A stretch of 64,000 bases of DNA from Macrostomum lignano (Eukaryota), in the NCBI GenBank assembly GCA_002269645.1, contig NIVC01003775.1, positions 1 to 64,000 of the forward strand, read 5' to 3'. Under the pieces are notes generated by a model that was not told where the DNA came from, made no database searches, and saw only the letters and a list, made by a program, of their open reading frames with translations. Shown here one piece after another: positions 23,828-37,313 of the stretch (position 1 is the stretch's first letter; every line of letters starts with the position of its first letter). The position numbers were made by a program, and so were the translations under genes.

Positions 23828-24478
23828 CTAAACACAGTTGAAAGCACTGGATCCGTGCTTATTCCTCACGTAGACAATGCTGTCAATCACCTGGCCGCCT
23901 TTGTCAACGGACACCTGCTCCAGCATCAGGTGAGTGGCATTCGCCACCGTCATCCGCGTGTAGCCGTAGTCGTCGCTGCGGAAGGCGGACCAGGGCAGGC
24001 CGGCCGGGATGAACGGGTCCTCGCCTTCCACGCAACCAGCCGAGCCGGTGATCACGTGGACTGGCGCCGGCGGATTATCGTAGGGATTATCCGAGCTGGT
24101 GGTTGAGTTGCACACCTTCTGATTGTAGACAGGCCACATTCGCTCGTAGGAGTGCTCGTGCGCGCCGAAAATCAGATCGACGCCGTACCTGTAGAACAGC
24201 TGCTCCACTCCCAGGATGTAGTCGCTGCCGAAAATGCGACTCCGCTGCTTGCTGCCCACCGGAAATCCGGTTCGAATCAGGTTGTCCGCATTCGTGCAGT
24301 GCTGGGGATCGTCGCTGTTTGAGCAGTACATCGGCCGGTGGGCCATGGCGATGATCCACGGTCGGTTGGCTCGATTCTGATTGGCCCGCTGCAGATCCTC
24401 TTCCAGCCACTGGAACTGGTAGACTGCCTGCTTCCAGCCGTAGTCCAGGTAGTAGTAGAACTCCGAGCTGAATGAGAT
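23828..24478 (-). CDS. ACP7: Purple acid phosphatase (ACP7/PAPL-like) exon 2
   Basis: Acceptor ctccgcag|ISFSSEFYYY; contains the AHRPMY and GAHEHSYER metal ligands; C-terminal DYGYTRMTVANATHL. Confidence 0.93.
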   Translation of the reverse strand: MSFSSEFYYYLDYGWKQAVYQFQWLEEDLQRANQNRANRPWIIAMAHRPMYCSNSDDPQHCTNADNLIRTGFPVGSKQRSRIFGSDYILGVEQLFYRYGVDLIFGAHEHSYERMWPVYNQKVCNSTTSSDNPYDNPPAPVHVITGSAGCVEGEDPFIPAGLPWSAFRSDDYGYTRMTVANATHLMLEQVSVDKGGQVIDSIVYVRNKHGSSAFNCV

Positions 24479-25275
24479 CTGCGGAGATAAGTTTTGTGTT
24501 ACGATTATGTGTTGCCAGCGGCCCAAGCTCAATTCAGTCACAATAAATTGTGGCTAAATTAAAATCCCTCGGCTTTACTCTGCTCGTGCAATTAACGTCC
24601 TTGAGGGCCCAACCCCCAAGGCACAGTGAAGTGTACATGCCTAACGATAAATAAAGTTAGGGCTGCTGTACACTACTGTGTGAGTGTGTGCCTGCGTGTA
24701 TGACTGCGTACGTATCCACGCGAGCTTGTGTGCCTGCTCAGGGGAGTCGGCGGAATGAGCAGTAAAAGGCTCGTTCACACTGCCATCAAATGAGACCAAA
24801 TTGGTGTGATCACACCATTTGTACATCCAATTTGATTCGTTTGTACATTGGTGGTGTGATTTAGTGGCTCGTTAGCATCTATCTAACAGTCATCACTTTG
24901 TATAACACGCAACACATTCTCTTTCTGAACAGGGGAGGTGAGATAATGTACGCCAGCATATCGAACAAGCAAGGTGACATTAATTATTGGTCTGAAAGAT
25001 GAATCTGATTAAGATAATACTCTCAATAGGAGCTATAGTGTTACACACATGAAGAACCGTACCATAAGAGTATTTCATCAAGCACCTAGAAATAGCTAGA
25101 ATTCGAGCCCCTGATTAAAATATTGTACTTTAACACCTGACACCTGATCGAGGATGGCCTTTTGCCGGCTTAAGACATGAACCTCATGAATCAACCAACA
25201 AGGTGAAGTCGACGATTATAATCTTAAATCCATACCATAATCAAGCAAGCTAAGCTTTAAACCGACTATCGTCAA

Positions 25276-25302
25276 AGGTCAAAGGTCAAAGGTCAGAGGT
25301 CA
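25276..25302 (+). promoter_or_regulatory. Four AGGTCA half-sites spaced by 1 nt (chained DR1 nuclear-receptor-like element) in the ACP7 intron
   Basis: AGGTCA-A-AGGTCA-A-AGGTCA-G-AGGTCA. Function not demonstrated. Confidence 0.35.
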
Positions 25303-25317
25303 CGCACATGCACTCAC

Positions 25318-26022
25318 CACATGCACGGGTCCATAGTCGAAGCTAAAAAAGCTGCCTTCCCCATCGCCGCCAGGCATGGAGAATCTTCGCCGATAGTTGC
25401 TGAAATTGTAGGCACTCTCGTGATTGCCCGGACAGGTCATGTACGGCACGTACGCCGCAATGGGCTCCACCTGACGCATGAACTCATCACCAACCAGGGC
25501 ATTGTTGGTGTCCATGTTGTAGGCGAAATCGCCAACGTGTAGCACCATGTCGAAGTCGCCGGATTGCGCCTCCTTCTGCAGGAAGGGAATCGACTTGCCG
25601 TTCGTGTTGCCCATGTCGCCATAGACAGCGAATCTGGCTGGCCAGTCGGAGCCAGACTTTGTAGCCGTGAACAGGAACACGTCCGACCAGCCCAGCTCGC
25701 TGCCCACCCGGTAGACGTACCGCTGTCCAGGCCTCAGACCGGACATCACGGCTCGGTGGATGTAGATCACCCGCTTCGCCGAACCACCGTCGACAAATTT
25801 CTCTTGGATGCCAGAGGCGGATCTGTCGAATCTGTTGGTGCCGTAGTCTACGGAGGTGCCGTTAGTGGGAGACTGGGTCACCCAGGTGACCACCATCTGG
25901 GTGGGGTCATTGGTGACAGACAGGTGCACCTGCTCCGGCTGAGGTGACAGTTGGCCCGAGGTCAAACTGATGGCTAGGCCAAGCAGCAGCAACAGACGCT
26001 GGGAAATTGCTCTAACAAGCAT
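25318..26022 (-). CDS. ACP7: Purple acid phosphatase (ACP7/PAPL-like) exon 1, with signal peptide
   Basis: Hydrophobic N-terminus, PEQVHL FN3-like domain, and GDMG, GDFAY, GNHE motifs. Donor GTG|gtgagt is phase 0. Total 451 aa. Confidence 0.95.
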
Positions 26023-26924
26023 TGATGTTGCTTTCGGCAGCCTTGTATCTTCTGAATTTGAAACTTCTGCTCTACCAGGACTGAGAAAGCAAGTCAGCTT
26101 ACAGTATAGAGCAGCAACAAAATTTTATGCAGTTGCCAGTTCCAAATTCTTACAAGTTCGAATAAAGGTCGATACGGTTGGTGCACACTCGCGCTGATAT
26201 TTACGAGTACACACAGGGCAGTACTAAATGGAAAGAGAGACAGAGGTCGCGACTTGCCTGTCACTAGCGATAATCAAGTCATGTGATCACACTGGCCTGT
26301 GCGAGCTACTTGTTAAGCACAGGTTAATTGCTCTGCAGCAAGTGAACGCCGCCCAGTCATCCAACACCAGCTACAATACAATCTCGCACACAGATCTTAA
26401 TAAGTTCAACGTCTACTGCCGATTGTTGGTGCAAAATCTCATGACAGTTAAATATTTAGTTTCGTTCAAGAACACCCAAATTTATACATATTACCAGGGC
26501 AGGGACAACTCGTTCAAAACAATGACTATGACCAGTAAAGTAAAATAGGAACATCTCATTAAGACAAGGACACTTTCAGTAGTACGACGTATTCCAAGTT
26601 TTCTTCCAATTCTTTTTTCGCGCACTCCCGGTACTTGTCTGCTGGGTGGTGGCTTGGGTGGACTCAGTCTTAGCACCGTCCCTGATTCCACTTTTTCGGT
26701 TGGCGGTGTCCTAGTCCATAGGTTTGGGTTGGCAGATTCCCCTGGCCCAGACGTCAGGGTCCAATCTCGGGGTATCTCGGGCTATATGCCCCTGGTAGTG
26801 CCCCTCAGCGGCAGAGCCCCTCCCAGGGCTGATCCGCGGGTAGCTCCCGGCTTCCCACCCCCGTTTAACAACAAATCGGCACAGGGACGTCGAATTAGGA
26901 TATGGACGAATGAATTGAGACAGG

Positions 26925-27315
26925 GACTCCTAAACCAGGACCAGGACACCTGAATTAATAAAGAGACACCTAAATCAGGACAGGGACAACTAAATCAGGA
27001 CAGGGACACCTAAATCAGCACAGGGATACCTAAATCAGGACAGGGACACCTAAATGAGGATAGGGACACCTAAATCAGGACAGGGACACCTAAATCAGGA
27101 CAGGTACACCTAAATTAATAGACACCTAAATCAGGACAGGGACACCTAAATCAGCACAGGGACACCTAAATCAGGACAGGGACACCTAAATCAGGACAGG
27201 TACACCTAAATTAATAAAGAGACACCTAAATCAGGACAGGGGCATTTAAATCAGTACAAAGACATCTACAGCAGAACAGAGACACCTAAACCAGGCCAGG
27301 GACACCTAAATCAAG
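26925..27315. repeat. 20-bp minisatellite (CAGGGACACCTAAATCAGGA)
   Basis: About 18 units. Confidence 0.92.
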
Positions 27316-27799
27316 GGAAGCTTCAAAAAAACCAAAAGACAAAAGTTGACATCAAGAAAAATTAATCTGTAATGCAGTCAGTTAAAGTTGAAACATTTAT
27401 AAAGTAACCCAACTTATACAGAAGAAAATGCAGACTGATGCTATATATATTTTTTAAATTCAATATTTTCTGTTTGGAGACGACATTTAACCTTGTTGTC
27501 ACTTGTAGAACATTATTCTACGCGAAAATTTCTACGCACACTACTAACACGAGCATTACCGTTATGTGAGTAGTATATTAAGCTTGTGGATCAGTTATAA
27601 TAGATAAACAAGAAATAAATACTGTATGCTTGTTTTAAACGACTTTTTATAAGACAGACAGGCTAAAAGTTGCGATGAGTTCGAAACCTACCAGAAGAAG
27701 TAGTAACTAACACATTTTATAGTATTAATTTTATGTATGCAAACTCCCATTGTTGTTCAAACGCGTCGAAATGATAAGAGAGATTAGGAAAGGACAGAT

Positions 27800-27920
27800 A
27801 GAGAGACAGATAGGACAGACAGACAGACAGGCAGAGATAGGCAGAAATACACAGACAGTAACACACACTGAAAGACAGACAGACACACACAGGCAGATAG
27901 ACAGACAGACAGACAGACAC

Positions 27921-27965
<45 letters not shown>

Positions 27966-28052
27966 GACAGGCAGGCAGACAGACAGACAGACAGACAGAC
28001 AGAGACAGACAGACAGACAGACAGTCAGACACTAAGACAGACAGACAGAGGC

Positions 28053-28115
<63 letters not shown>

Positions 28116-28224
28116 GACAGGCAGGCAGACAGACAGACAGACAGACAGACAGAGACAGACAGACAGACAGACAGTCAGACACTAAGACAGACAGACAGAG
28201 GCAGACAGACAGACAGACAGAGGC

Positions 28225-28272
<48 letters not shown>
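27800..28272. repeat. (GACA)n microsatellite
   Basis: Long interrupted GACA tract. Confidence 0.97.
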
Positions 28273-28273
<1 letters not shown>

Positions 28274-28657
28274 TGAGTAGAGGCTGCAGGGATAAAACAC
28301 GGGAACCAATCAATTCCCAGTTCATATGTACAAGCAGCAGAGCCAAACGGGATCGCGTACGTCACAACCAGTATCTGTTGTGTTGAATGCCGCAATTGCA
28401 ACAACAAACAAACCTGCTAAAAATTGTTTTTAATTTGACTGTTCAATTAATAAAAACCAAGCAGACGAAAATCGTGATTAGACATGAGTAATCCTGACTG
28501 TTAGTTGACATTAGCAACCAGATGTTGTCCCTAGACACGGGTTTATAGTTACACACTAATTTAAGAACAAAGAATCGCAGGTTTAAAAAACACAAATGAT
28601 TTACAAAGTCGGTTTATTAAAACAAAAAGGTAGAGTTGAGTTCTATCAGAACAGCCA

Positions 28658-28993
28658 TCACTCGGCGATGGACTTGGCCCAGTCAACACCGTCGCTAGGG
28701 GGAGGCCGGGAGCTGAGCACCTGGCCATCGCGGTGCACCCTGTCTACCTCGGCTCGCTGCTTCTCATCAGCCAGGCTGGTGTAGAAAATCTCATCCAGGC
28801 GAGCCTTCATGCCGCGTAGCTCCTCAGATTCCCATGGCAACTGCTTCACCCGCAGCTGCCCGTCCGCCTCAGAGGGCGTCTCCTCATCCGATGAGGTGTA
28901 GTCGCGGTTGAGCACGGACTCAAATCGGGTTCGATCGCCGGCTTCAAGCCCGGGTTTCAGAGTCTCGTAGGCCTTCTGACGTCGGTTCAGTTT
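28658..28993 (-). CDS. C14orf93/DUF4616-like protein, terminal exon
   Basis: Acceptor atccccag|KLNRRQKAYETL..SVLNRDYTSSDEE..VKQLPWESEEL..LDE..SSRPPP..WA. Resembles from memory the C14orf93-type motif (MSDEE..P.R...L...LD..R..SDR.P). Confidence 0.65.
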   Translation of the reverse strand, partial: KLNRRQKAYETLKPGLEAGDRTRFESVLNRDYTSSDEETPSEADGQLRVKQLPWESEELRGMKARLDEIFYTSLADEKQRAEVDRVHRDGQVLSSRPPPSDGVDWAKSIAE

Positions 28994-29129
28994 CTGGGGA
29001 TTCGGGTTTGGTAGCCAAGTGAAATTGACTGCCGATATGTATCGAAAATATACTTTATTTAATCCTAGATTGCTAGGATTATTAGTTTAGGATTTGGGAA
29101 CTTTTTGGGAGTCGAGAAACATAGAGTTA

Positions 29130-29775
29130 AAGGTTAGGATCTTAGATCTTTCCATTCGGGACTCAAGGGATATTGGGATCTGGGATCTTTCCATTCGGGA
29201 CCCAAGGGATATTGGGATCTGGGATCTTTTTATTCGGGACTCAAGGGATATTGGGATCTGGGATCTTTCCATTCGGGACCCAAGGGATATTGGGATCTGG
29301 GATCTTTCCATTCGGGACTCAAGGGATACTAGGATCTGGGATTCTTCCATTCGGGATTCAATGTGTATTAGGTAGGATCAGGGATTTTTTAATTCGGGAC
29401 TCAAAGGATATTGGGATCTGGGATCTTTCCATTCGGGACCCAAGGGATATTGGGATCTGGGATCTTTTTATTCGGGACTCAAGGGATATTGGGATCTGAG
29501 ATCTTTCCATTCGGGACTCAAGGGATATTGGGATCTGGGATCTTTCCATTCGGGACCCAAGGGATATTGGGATCTGGGAAATTTCCATTCGGGACTCAAG
29601 AGATACTAGGATCTGGGATTCTTCCATTCGGGATTCAATGTGCATTAGGATTAGGGATTTTTTAATTCGGGACTCAAAGGATATTGGGATCTGGGATCTT
29701 TCCATTCGGGACCCAAGGGATATTGGGATCTGGGATCTTTCCATTCGGGACTCAAGGGATACTAGGATCTGGGAT
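29130..29775. repeat. 39-bp minisatellite with GGGATCTGGGAT core and higher-order blocks
   Basis: Unit gggatattgggatctgggatctttccattcgggactcaa. Block ends recur at about 29341 and 29618. Confidence 0.95.
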
Positions 29776-29980
29776 TTGAATTTTCAACCCAAGAATTTCG
29801 TCGACTTTTTGAAGGAACTGGTAGAGCCTTGTCCAATAAACCTATTTAAAAAGCTTGGTTCCGGGGCTTTTTACAAAATAGCATTATAAGCAATTTACAC
29901 TACTTAATTTTATTATAAGTAGCATGATAAAAATACGGGTTTAAATATAAAAAAGAACTAATAAGTAATTTTGCACTTAC

Positions 29981-30093
29981 AAACATAACTTTGAACAGGT
30001 GATCAAATTTGCCAGTGTCCGGTCGGTGCTTCTCGCGGTGCATCTTGCGCAAGGTGCCCAGATAATAGAGCTTGGTGTACTTCTCGGCCAGCT
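29981..30093 (-). CDS. C14orf93/DUF4616-like protein, exon 3
   Basis: Acceptor ttgcag|AG; encodes KLAEKYTKLYYLGTLRKMHREKHR..; GTAAGT donor, phase 0. Confidence 0.6.
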
Positions 30094-30180
30094 CTGCAAT
30101 TACGGAGTGCCAAAATATACAATAAAAGTTTTCTATAATAAATTTAACCATAATTTAAATAACTAAACTCAAGCACTCAC

Positions 30181-30349
30181 TGGTCCACGAGTTCAGATTG
30201 GCTGGCGTAAAGTTGGTCATAGTGCGGGCCCTCTCAATCACCATGCGAGCCGCCTCGCGATTCACAGGCGCCGAGTAGGGCAGAGAGAAGTCAAATACGC
30301 TGCTGTTGCTCTCCTCTTTGAGCTCGCGGTAGGCCTTGCGAAGGATGCC
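30181..30349 (-). CDS. C14orf93/DUF4616-like protein, exon 2
   Basis: Acceptor ctccgcag|GILRKAYRELKEESNSSVFDFSLPYSAPVNREAARMVIERAR..; GTGAGT donor, phase 1. Confidence 0.65.
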
Positions 30350-30464
30350 CTGCGGAGTAGGGTGGGAGTAGAGGTGGATTATTGATAGCGGAGTTCCAAG
30401 GTGAAAACTGAACAATTGTTATTTTTCAAAGTACAAAAAGTACAAAAAGATTATTGGTACCCTG

Positions 30465-32110
30465 GATCCTTGATATTTGGGATCTAGGATCTATGATATT
30501 TGGGATCTGGGATCTTAGATTTTTGGGATCTGGGATCTCTGATTTTGGGATCTGGGATCCTTGATTTTTGGGATCTGGGATCTCTGATTTTGGGATCTGG
30601 GATCTTTGATTTTGGGATCTGGGATCTCTGATTTTGGGAACTGGGATCTCTGATCTTTGGGAACAGGGATCCTTGATTTTTGGAATCTTATCTGGGATCT
30701 TTGATTTTTGGGATCTGGGATCTTTGATTTTTGGGATCTGGGATCCTTGATTTTTGGGATCTGGCATCTTTGATTTTTGGGATCTGGGATCCATGATATT
30801 TGGAATGTGGGATCATTGATATTTGGAATATAGGATCTTTGATTTTTGGGATCTGATCTGGGATCTTCAATTTTTGGGATCTGGGATCTCATTTTTGGGA
30901 TCTGGGATCGCTGATTTTGGAATCTGGGATCTTTGATTTTTGGAATCTGGGATCCTTGATATTTGGGATCCGAGATCTTCGATTTTTTAGGATCTAGGAT
31001 CTTTACTTTAGTTTTTAGGATCTGGAATTATAGATTTTGGGATATCAAGGATCTGGGATCTTTGATTTTTTGGGATCTGGGATCTCTGATTTTTAGGATA
31101 TGGGATCTCTGATTTTTGGGATCTGGGATTTCTGATTTTTTGGATCTGAGATCTTTGATTTTTGGGGTCTGGGATCTCTGATTTTTTGGATCTGGTATCT
31201 CTGATCTTTGGGAACAGGGATCCTTGATTTTTAGGATCTGGGATCTCTGATTTTTAGGATCTGGGATCTCTGATTTTTGGGATCTGGGATCTCTGATTTT
31301 TGGGATCTGGGATCTCTGATTTTTAGGATCAGGGATCTCTGATTTTTGGGATCTGGGATCTCTGTTATTGGGAACTGGGATCTCTGATCTTTGGAATCTG
31401 GGATCCTTGATTTTTAGGATCTGGGATCTCTGATATTGGGAACTGGGATCTCTGACCTTTGGGAACAGGGATCCTTGATTTTTTGGGTCTGATCTGGGAT
31501 CTTTGATTTTTGGGATCTGGGATCTTTGATTTTTGGGATCTGGGATCCTTGATTTTTGGGATCTGGCATCTATGATATTTGGAATCTGGGATCATTGATA
31601 TTTGGAATCTGGGATCCTTGATATTTGGGACCCGAGATCTTCGATCTTTTAGGATCTAGGATCTTTACTTTAGTTTTTAGGATCTGGAATTATAGATTTT
31701 GGAATATAAAGGATCTGGGATCTTTGATTTTTGGGATCTGGGATTTCTGATTTTTGGGATCTGGGATCCTTGATATTTGGCATCTGGGATCTTTAATATT
31801 TGGGATCTGGGATCCTTGATTTTTGGGATCTGGCATCTATGATATTTGGAATCTGGGATCATTGATATTTGGAATCTGGGATCCTTGATATTTGGGACCC
31901 GAGATCTTCGATCTTTTAGGATCTAGGATCTTTACTTTAGTTTTTAGGATCTGGAATTATAGATTTTGGAATATAAAGGATCTGGGATCTTTGATTTTTG
32001 GGATCTGGGATTTCTGATTTTTGGGATCTGGGATCCTTGATATTTGGCATCTGGGATCTTTAATATTTGGAATCTGGGATCCCTGATTTTTGACATCTGG
32101 GATCGTTGAT
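30465..32110. repeat. Degenerate ~23-bp GGGATCTGGGATC(T)CTGATTTTT array with duplicated blocks
   Basis: Continuous gggatct/gatttt modules. About 300-bp blocks repeat (31560-31860 vs 31830-32100). Confidence 0.93.
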
Positions 32111-33034
32111 TTGGTAATTCAATATTAGAATTAAAAAGCCAATTTCGAAACCATTTTGAGCACAGGATCGCCCTATCTGCTAAAGTGAAATAAAATTCTT
32201 CTTAACCTTCTTTCACAACTTCTTTTCATTCTATCAGAAATCCCTAACGTCAAATTCCAAATCTTAAAAAAGTGGGGATGTTTTGCCCCATCGTATCTCC
32301 TTCTTAGTTCCAGTTCGGCCTTTATTCCCCCATTATTCTCCACTCGTGCACTCGTGTTCCCCTCTCAATCCCAAGGCACAACTCGCTGAATAGGGAGGCA
32401 CAGAAATGGGAGGATTTTCCTGCTTTCTCCTCTCTCTCTCTCTCTCTCTCTCAGTCTGTCTCTCTCTCATCCAGGCTGACGCGGGAACTGCAGAGGTCGT
32501 CTGCGCCATCTGCGGGGGGGATCTCTCTTTACCCTCTCCTCTCAAAGCCCCCAAACGCAGCGCAGAAACACCGCATCTCTCTTAGTCATCTCTTCCCGCT
32601 TCCCTGTCTTCTCTTCAGTCTCTCCCCCTCTATCCCTCTCTCCCTCCCCTCTCCCCCCCCCCCAGTTTGCAGTCTCGCTATCCGAGCAAGGAAAAGCCTT
32701 CATCTACCTCTCTTCCCTCTTGCAGCCTCAGTAGCCATCCTAGCCATAACCATTCGTTTGCTTCATTCATTTTTTCAGTTTAAGTCTTAATAAAATAAAA
32801 TTATCTAAAATATCATTTCAACGTTTAGTATGGTATTTATATTTATACAAAGGCTGCTATTTGCCACTGCGATTGTTTAACTCCGGCCCGCGAAGCCTCT
32901 CTGTCCTTTGAAACTTTACGATAGGCTTGTGTCTCTCTTCTCTCTAATGTCCTGTCTCTTCTCTGCAGTGATGGCTCATCAAGCCGCCTTTTGCAAAACA
33001 AAGTTAACAAAAAAAAGTGGCTTGATTGAACCAT

Positions 33035-33722
33035 ACTAAAATGAGTACCAGAGGCGCTAAAATGAGTACCTAAGACGCTAAATGAGTACCTGAGACGCTA
33101 AAATGAGTACCTGAGACGCTAAATGAGTACCTGAGACGCTAAATGAGTACCTGAGACGCTAAATGAGTACCTGGGGCGCTAAAATGAGTACCAGAGGCGC
33201 TAAAATGAGTACCTAAGACGCTAAATGAGTACCTGAGACGCTAAATGAGTACCTAAGACGCTAAACATGAGTACATAAGACGCCAAATGAGTACCTAAGG
33301 CGCCAAATGAGTACCTAAGACGCTAAAAATGAGTACCAGAGGCGCTAAAATGAGTACCTAAGACGCTAAAAATGAGTACCAGAGGCGCTAAATGAGTACC
33401 TAAGACGCTAAATGAGTACCTGAGACGCTAAAGAGTATCTGAGGCGCTAAATGAGTACCCGAGGCGCTAAAATAAGTACCTAAGACGCTAACAATGAGTA
33501 TCTGAGGCGCTAAAATGAGTACCAGAGGCGCTAAATGAGTATCTGAGACGCTAAATGAGTACCTGGGGCGCTAAAATGAGTACCTGAGACGCTAAAAATG
33601 AGTACCTGAGACGCTAAAAATGCTTACCTGAGGCGCTAAAATGAGTACCTAAGGCGCTAAAATGAGTACCTAAGGCGCTAAAATGAGTACCTGGGGCGCT
33701 AAAATGAGTATCTGAGGCGCCA
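33035..33722. repeat. ~21-bp minisatellite (GGCGCTAAAATGAGTACCTGA), apparently inside a decayed hAT-MITE copy
   Basis: About 32 units. A TIR-like TGGTGACACCCCTG lies at 33851-33864. Confidence 0.93.
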
Positions 33723-34559
33723 AAGAAACAAAAAATCAATACTAACAACGTCAATTGCCCGAAAATTCTATTTTTTGTATAGGAATTTTCTGCCAAGCAT
33801 TCTTGGCTCTCTGTGACTCTGTCCTACCACCAGCCCCACTGGTATATCTATGGTGACACCCCTGTGAAAGACCGTGTACATCTCTCAGCGCTAAATGAGC
33901 CATAACTTGTGAGGGCCTAGGCGACCAGAGCCCAACTAAAAAAAACCCATTCGATCTGGATCTGCCTCTCTTTCCTTCCCTGCCTCCCTCTCCCGTCTTT
34001 CTCTCCCTCCCTCTCTCTCTCCCCCTCTCTCCACTCCGCAGATCCTGCACACAACAGTCCCGCAACTGAGGCTTCGGCCTCTCTCCTGTTTCTCTCTCTA
34101 GCAATCTCTTTGACTTGTGCCTTAGGTCTGTGTGTGCGTCTCTCTCTCTCTGCCTCTCTCCCTCCTCTCCCTCTCTGCCTTCTATCCAACTCTTACAACC
34201 CTTCCCTGACCGATTCTGAAACCCTAGCCAGCCACACTGCCTTCTCCCTCATACACTCCTTCCCTCTCCCCCCCTCTCTCTCTCTCTGTCTCTCCACTCC
34301 ACTCGTTTCCTATCTGTTTTAAATGAATCTATAGTATCTATAAGCCTGTCTCTGTCTCTCCCTCCCTCTATCTCTGCTACAAGAGTCTCGCACTTGGTCT
34401 GGCTAGATCATCAGTGCATCTATCTTCTTATTTTAGACTCCTTCCTGCGTTGCTTCTAGTTTAGCCATGTACTGGTAAATAAATCTAGTAATGTCACGTT
34501 TGCAAAGATGTTAAAAATTGAAATTCATTGGATCACAGGGACTTATGGAGTGAGGAATC

Positions 34560-35790
34560 GGGATTAAGGATCGGGATCTGGGATCAGCTAACTTTGGGAC
34601 TAATAAATCAATCGGGATCTGGGATCAGCTGACTTTGGGACTAAATCTATGGGGATCTGGGATCAGCTGACTTTGGGACTAAAAAGTCTATCGGAATCTG
34701 AGATCAGCCGATTTTGGGACTAAATCTATCGGGATCTGGGATCAGCTGACTTTGGGACTAAATCTATCGGGATCTGGGATCAGCTGACTTTGGGACTAAA
34801 TCTATCGGGATCTGGGATCAGCTGACTTTGGGACTAATAAATCAATCGGGATCTGGGATCAGCTGACTTTGGGACTTATAAATCAATCGGGATCTGGGAT
34901 CAGCTGACTTTGGGACTTATAAATCAATCGGGATCTGGGATCAGCTGACTTTGGGACTTATAAATCAATCGGTATCTGGGATCAGCTGACTTTGGGACTA
35001 ATAAATCAATCGGGATCTGGGATCAGCTGACTTTGGGACTAAATCTATGGGGATCTGGGATCAGCTGACTTTGGGACTAAATCTATCGGGATCTGGGATC
35101 AGCTGACTTTGGGACTAAATCTATCGGGATCTGGGATCAGCTGACTTTGGGACTAATAAATCAATCGGGATCTGGGATCAGCTGACTTTGGGACTAAATC
35201 TATCGGGATCTGGGATCAGCTGACTTTGGGACTAATAAATCAATCGGGATCTGGGATCAGCTGACTTTGGGACTAAATCTATCGGGATCTGGGATCAGCT
35301 GACTTTGGGATTTATAAATCAATCGGGATCTGGGATCAGCTGACTTTGGGACTAATAAATCAATCGGGATCTGGGATCAGCTGACTTTGGGACTAATAAA
35401 TCAATCGGGATCTGGGATCAGCTGACTTTGGGACTAATAAATCTATCGGGATCTGGGATCAGCTGACTTTGGGACTAATAAATCTATCGGGATCTGGGAT
35501 CAGCTGACTTTGGGACTAATAAATCTATCGGGATCTGGGATCAGCTGACTTTGGGACTAATAAATCAATCGGGATCTGGGATCAGCTGACTTTGGGACTA
35601 AATCTATCGGGATCTGGGATCAGCTGACTTTGGGACTAAATCTATCGGGATCTGGGATCAGCTGACTTTGGGACTAAATCTATCGGGATCTGGGATCAGC
35701 TGACTTTGGGACTAATAAATCAATCGGGATCTGGGATCAGCTGACTTTGGGACTAAATCAATCGGGATCTGGGATCAGCTGACTTTAAGA
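34560..35790. repeat. 38/42-bp minisatellite (GGGATCTGGGATCAGCTGACTTTGGGACTAAATCTATC)
   Basis: About 30 highly homogeneous units in two length variants. Confidence 0.97.
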
Positions 35791-36889
35791 CTAGATTTAA
35801 ATCGTTGAATATTTAGCTTCAAAATCTACAAAATCCTAAGAATGTGTCTCAAGCATTGTCGCTGGGTTACATTTCCCGCTATCATTAAATTACGCTGTTT
35901 TATCAGTCTAACTTCTCAGGATGGCAATGGCAAATCTCTCACGCTAGGGGCCCGCAGTCCTCCCTTGCTTCTTTCTCTCTCTCTCTCACTGCAAGTCTAG
36001 CTGTGAGTGAGTCAGCCACTTTTTTTCTCATTCTAATTCTCACCCTGCGAAGTCGGCACACGGCTCACAGGGTGGTGGAGAAGCGCGGAGCTCTCCGTCT
36101 CCCCCCTCTCTCTCTGACCCCGCCCAAATATCTGATAGCTAGCATAGACTCTCCGAGCCTCTCAGTCTGCTCTCTCCGTCTCTCTCCCCTGCGGGCCGCT
36201 CTCTCTCTCTACTCTCGTTCTATTGCACGCTCAGTCCAGGCTGTGCATGCCTCTCTTCATATCTAGATCTTACACTGAGAGCCCCACTGCTCTGTCCCTG
36301 TCTCGTCTCCTCTCCCCCCCTCTCTCCGTCTCTCTTTCCTTCCCATTTAGACAGTTCTCTCATTCAATTCTAACTCAGATTGGCAATACGCATTAGAGCT
36401 TGTCTCCCTCGTCTTTCTCTCTTCTTCTCTAAGCCTTCTCTGTCGTCTCCTCTCTCTTCTCTCTCTCACCCCATTTTATCTGAGATATTGACGATTCTTG
36501 TCTGCTCTTCTTAGTGAGCTTTAGTGACTGAGCCTCCAGCCTTCTCTCCCCTTTTTTACGCTGACAATGTCCAAGCCGAGTAAATATACGATCGATAATA
36601 GAATATAGATAAAGAGATGGGAATGTGAAGGCAAAGGTGTTGTATTAGAGTTCGAAAGATTTAGTAATCTAAAAATTGCGCAATAAATAGTTTTAAGAGG
36701 CTTTGCACAATGCGCCTGTCACCTATCACACAGAGGGTGTTTAGTAGTGAAAAATTCCTCAGAGTAAAAGGAGTGACTTTCAATGACTTGCAATTGGCAC
36801 AAATTGAAAGATAATTTGACCTTCTGTTTTGATTTTTCAGCCATGCTAAGAAGCGACATTCTAAGGGACGTCACGATAATGGGCACCAT

Positions 36890-37275
36890 TCTAATGGGTG
36901 CCATGCTAAGGGTTTGCCATGCTGAGGGGGCGCCATGCTAAGTAGCGCCATGCTAAGTAGCGCCATGCTAAGTAGCGCCATTCTAAGTAGCGCCATTCTA
37001 AGTAGCGCCATTCTAAGTAGCGCCATTCTAAGTAGCGCTATGCTAAGTAGCGCCATGCTAGGGGCGCCATACTAGGGGGCGCCATGCTAGGGGGCGCCAT
37101 TCTAAGTAGCGCCATGCTAAGTAGCGCCATGCTAAGGGGCGCCATGCTAAGTAGCGTCGATGCAATGAGGGCGCCATGCAAAGGGGCGCCATGCCGAGGG
37201 TCGCCATGATAAAGGGTTCATTCTAAGGGGCGCCAGGATTAGGGGCGCCATACTAGTAGGCGCCTAGATAAGGGG
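36890..37275. repeat. 15-bp repeat (GCGCCATGCTAAGTA)
   Basis: Adjacent to the donor at 37313. Confidence 0.9.
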
Positions 37276-37313
37276 CGTCATGTGGGTAAAGCGCAAACCG
37301 CTACTGAGCTCAC

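Noticed and set aside
23855-25947. Plus-strand ORFs overlapping ACP7 (likewise those antisense to the zinc-finger gene and TENT5)
   Set aside because: Antisense shadows of GC-rich coding sequence with no recognisable motifs.
27750-28407. TDRQ/SVCL repeat ORFs
   Set aside because: Translations of the (GACA)n microsatellite.
29087-31862. Many SQIPK/GIWDL repeat ORFs
   Set aside because: Minisatellite translations within introns of the DUF4616-like gene, frequently frameshifted.
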